This document shows positions 62,936 to 64,000 of a stretch of 64,000 nucleotides of DNA, one piece after another (position 1 is the first letter of the stretch; each line of letters starts with the position of its first letter). Location of the stretch: the NCBI RefSeq assembly GCF_006345805.1, contig NC_043008.1, positions 9,610,001-9,674,000 on the forward strand, read 5' to 3'. The notes under the pieces were generated by a model, which worked only from the letters and a program-made list of their open reading frames with translations, was not told where the DNA came from and did not search any database. Made by a program: the position numbers and the translations under genes. The DNA is from Octopus sinensis (lineage: Eukaryota).

Positions 62936-63741
62936 TGTTTCTTTATTAGCCACACAGGGCTGCACACAGATAGAACAAATTACAAGGTAGAGCTTTTCTT
63001 TTGAAGGTTTAAAAAAAAAAAAAAAAAGGAAGGGGAGTTTCGATCAAAAGGGATCGTAAAAGGAGAGAAAGAGGACAAAAAAAAAGGGGGGTTAAAAAAA
63101 AAGGGGGAGAGGAAAAAATGATCAATAGGGATCGTTATCACAGAAATGTCAATATGAAGTGTAAAGGGGAGGACAGGTGAGGTTTACCCGTGGAAAGAAA
63201 AGCCTACGGAAAAGACCACGGTAGCCTCGGTCAATGAAGTCACATTTTATATTTCTTTTTTTTTTTTTTTTTTTTGCAAATAAGCAACTCTCTGTTTTCG
63301 ATTTCTGGGTTCATAGGACTATGCTCAAGGTGGCTTCGTCATTCATACGTGCCATTCTTGCTACATTCACCCATCTTTTTTTAAAACATTCGCTAGACAA
63401 AACTTGCCTCTCTACTCTCACTTTCCTTTTCAAGTGGTACTTGAAGAAGTTGATGAGAGATTGACCAGAGAGGAAAGTGTTTGTCTCCAATCCTTTCAGA
63501 CGCGTCCACCAGATACATTCTTTCGCCATAGCCACAAGGATGATGAAAATAGCTCTTCCTTCCCGTTTGAAGGAAGGAGGCGTGACAATATTGACGATAG
63601 ACTCAGCTGATAAACCGACTCGTCCCACACGTGACAGCAGTTGTTCGACATAAGCCCACAGGTCGGAAATTGTTGGACACTGAACGAGTGCGTGCAGAAC
63701 GGTTTCGTCGCTCTGACCGCATCTCGGGCAGGTCGGCCCCG
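62936..63741 (-). mobile_element. 5'-truncated Tx1-clade LINE (ORF2 C-terminal zinc knuckle, 3'UTR, polyA signal)
   Basis: ORF ..TCPRCGQSDETVLHALVQCP..LWAYVEQLL..AKECIWWTR..FKKRW..* (stop 63311); AATAAA at 62942-62947(-); (GATA)n on both sides. Confidence 0.85.
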
Positions 63742-63815
<74 letters not shown>

Positions 63816-64000
63816 TACATATATACAATCACGTAGGACTGCACATTCAAATATACATGTGCATACATACACACACACGTGATACATATATGTGTGTGTG
63901 TGCGTATGTCTGTGGGTGGGCGTGCGTATGTGTGTGGGTGCGTGCGCGCTTTTGTGTATGTGTGTATGTGTGTTACTGGCAAGCAGGTAAAAAGGAAAAT

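Overview
AT-rich, repeat-dense eukaryotic genomic DNA, probably a coleoid cephalopod such as Octopus (inferred from the repeat families, not proven). One intact protein-coding gene is supported: non-lysosomal glucosylceramidase GBA2 (GH116) on the + strand. It has 16 GT-AG coding exons from 3161 to the stop at 34398; all intron phases join into one open frame of about 787 aa. At least one 5' exon lies upstream of the window. The rest (introns and about 30 kb downstream) is a mosaic of at least five tRNA- or RTE-type SINE families, remnants of RTE, CR1, R4-type, Tx1, Penelope and Gypsy retroelements, piggyBac-, Merlin- and Helentron-type non-autonomous DNA elements, foldbacks and microsatellites. 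The most interesting signals are: (i) five minimal type-I hammerhead ribozyme motifs in three or four sequence families, including a tandem pair in a GBA2 intron, one behind a Pol III tRNA head, and one upstream of a Penelope GIY-YIG remnant; (ii) a Tx1 LINE inserted in a (GATA)n array whose 3' end matches the tail of the dominant SINE, a candidate LINE-SINE partner pair; (iii) a GC-rich Y-shaped/hairpin element in front of a TATA box. All structures were read by eye; no folding or database searches were run.
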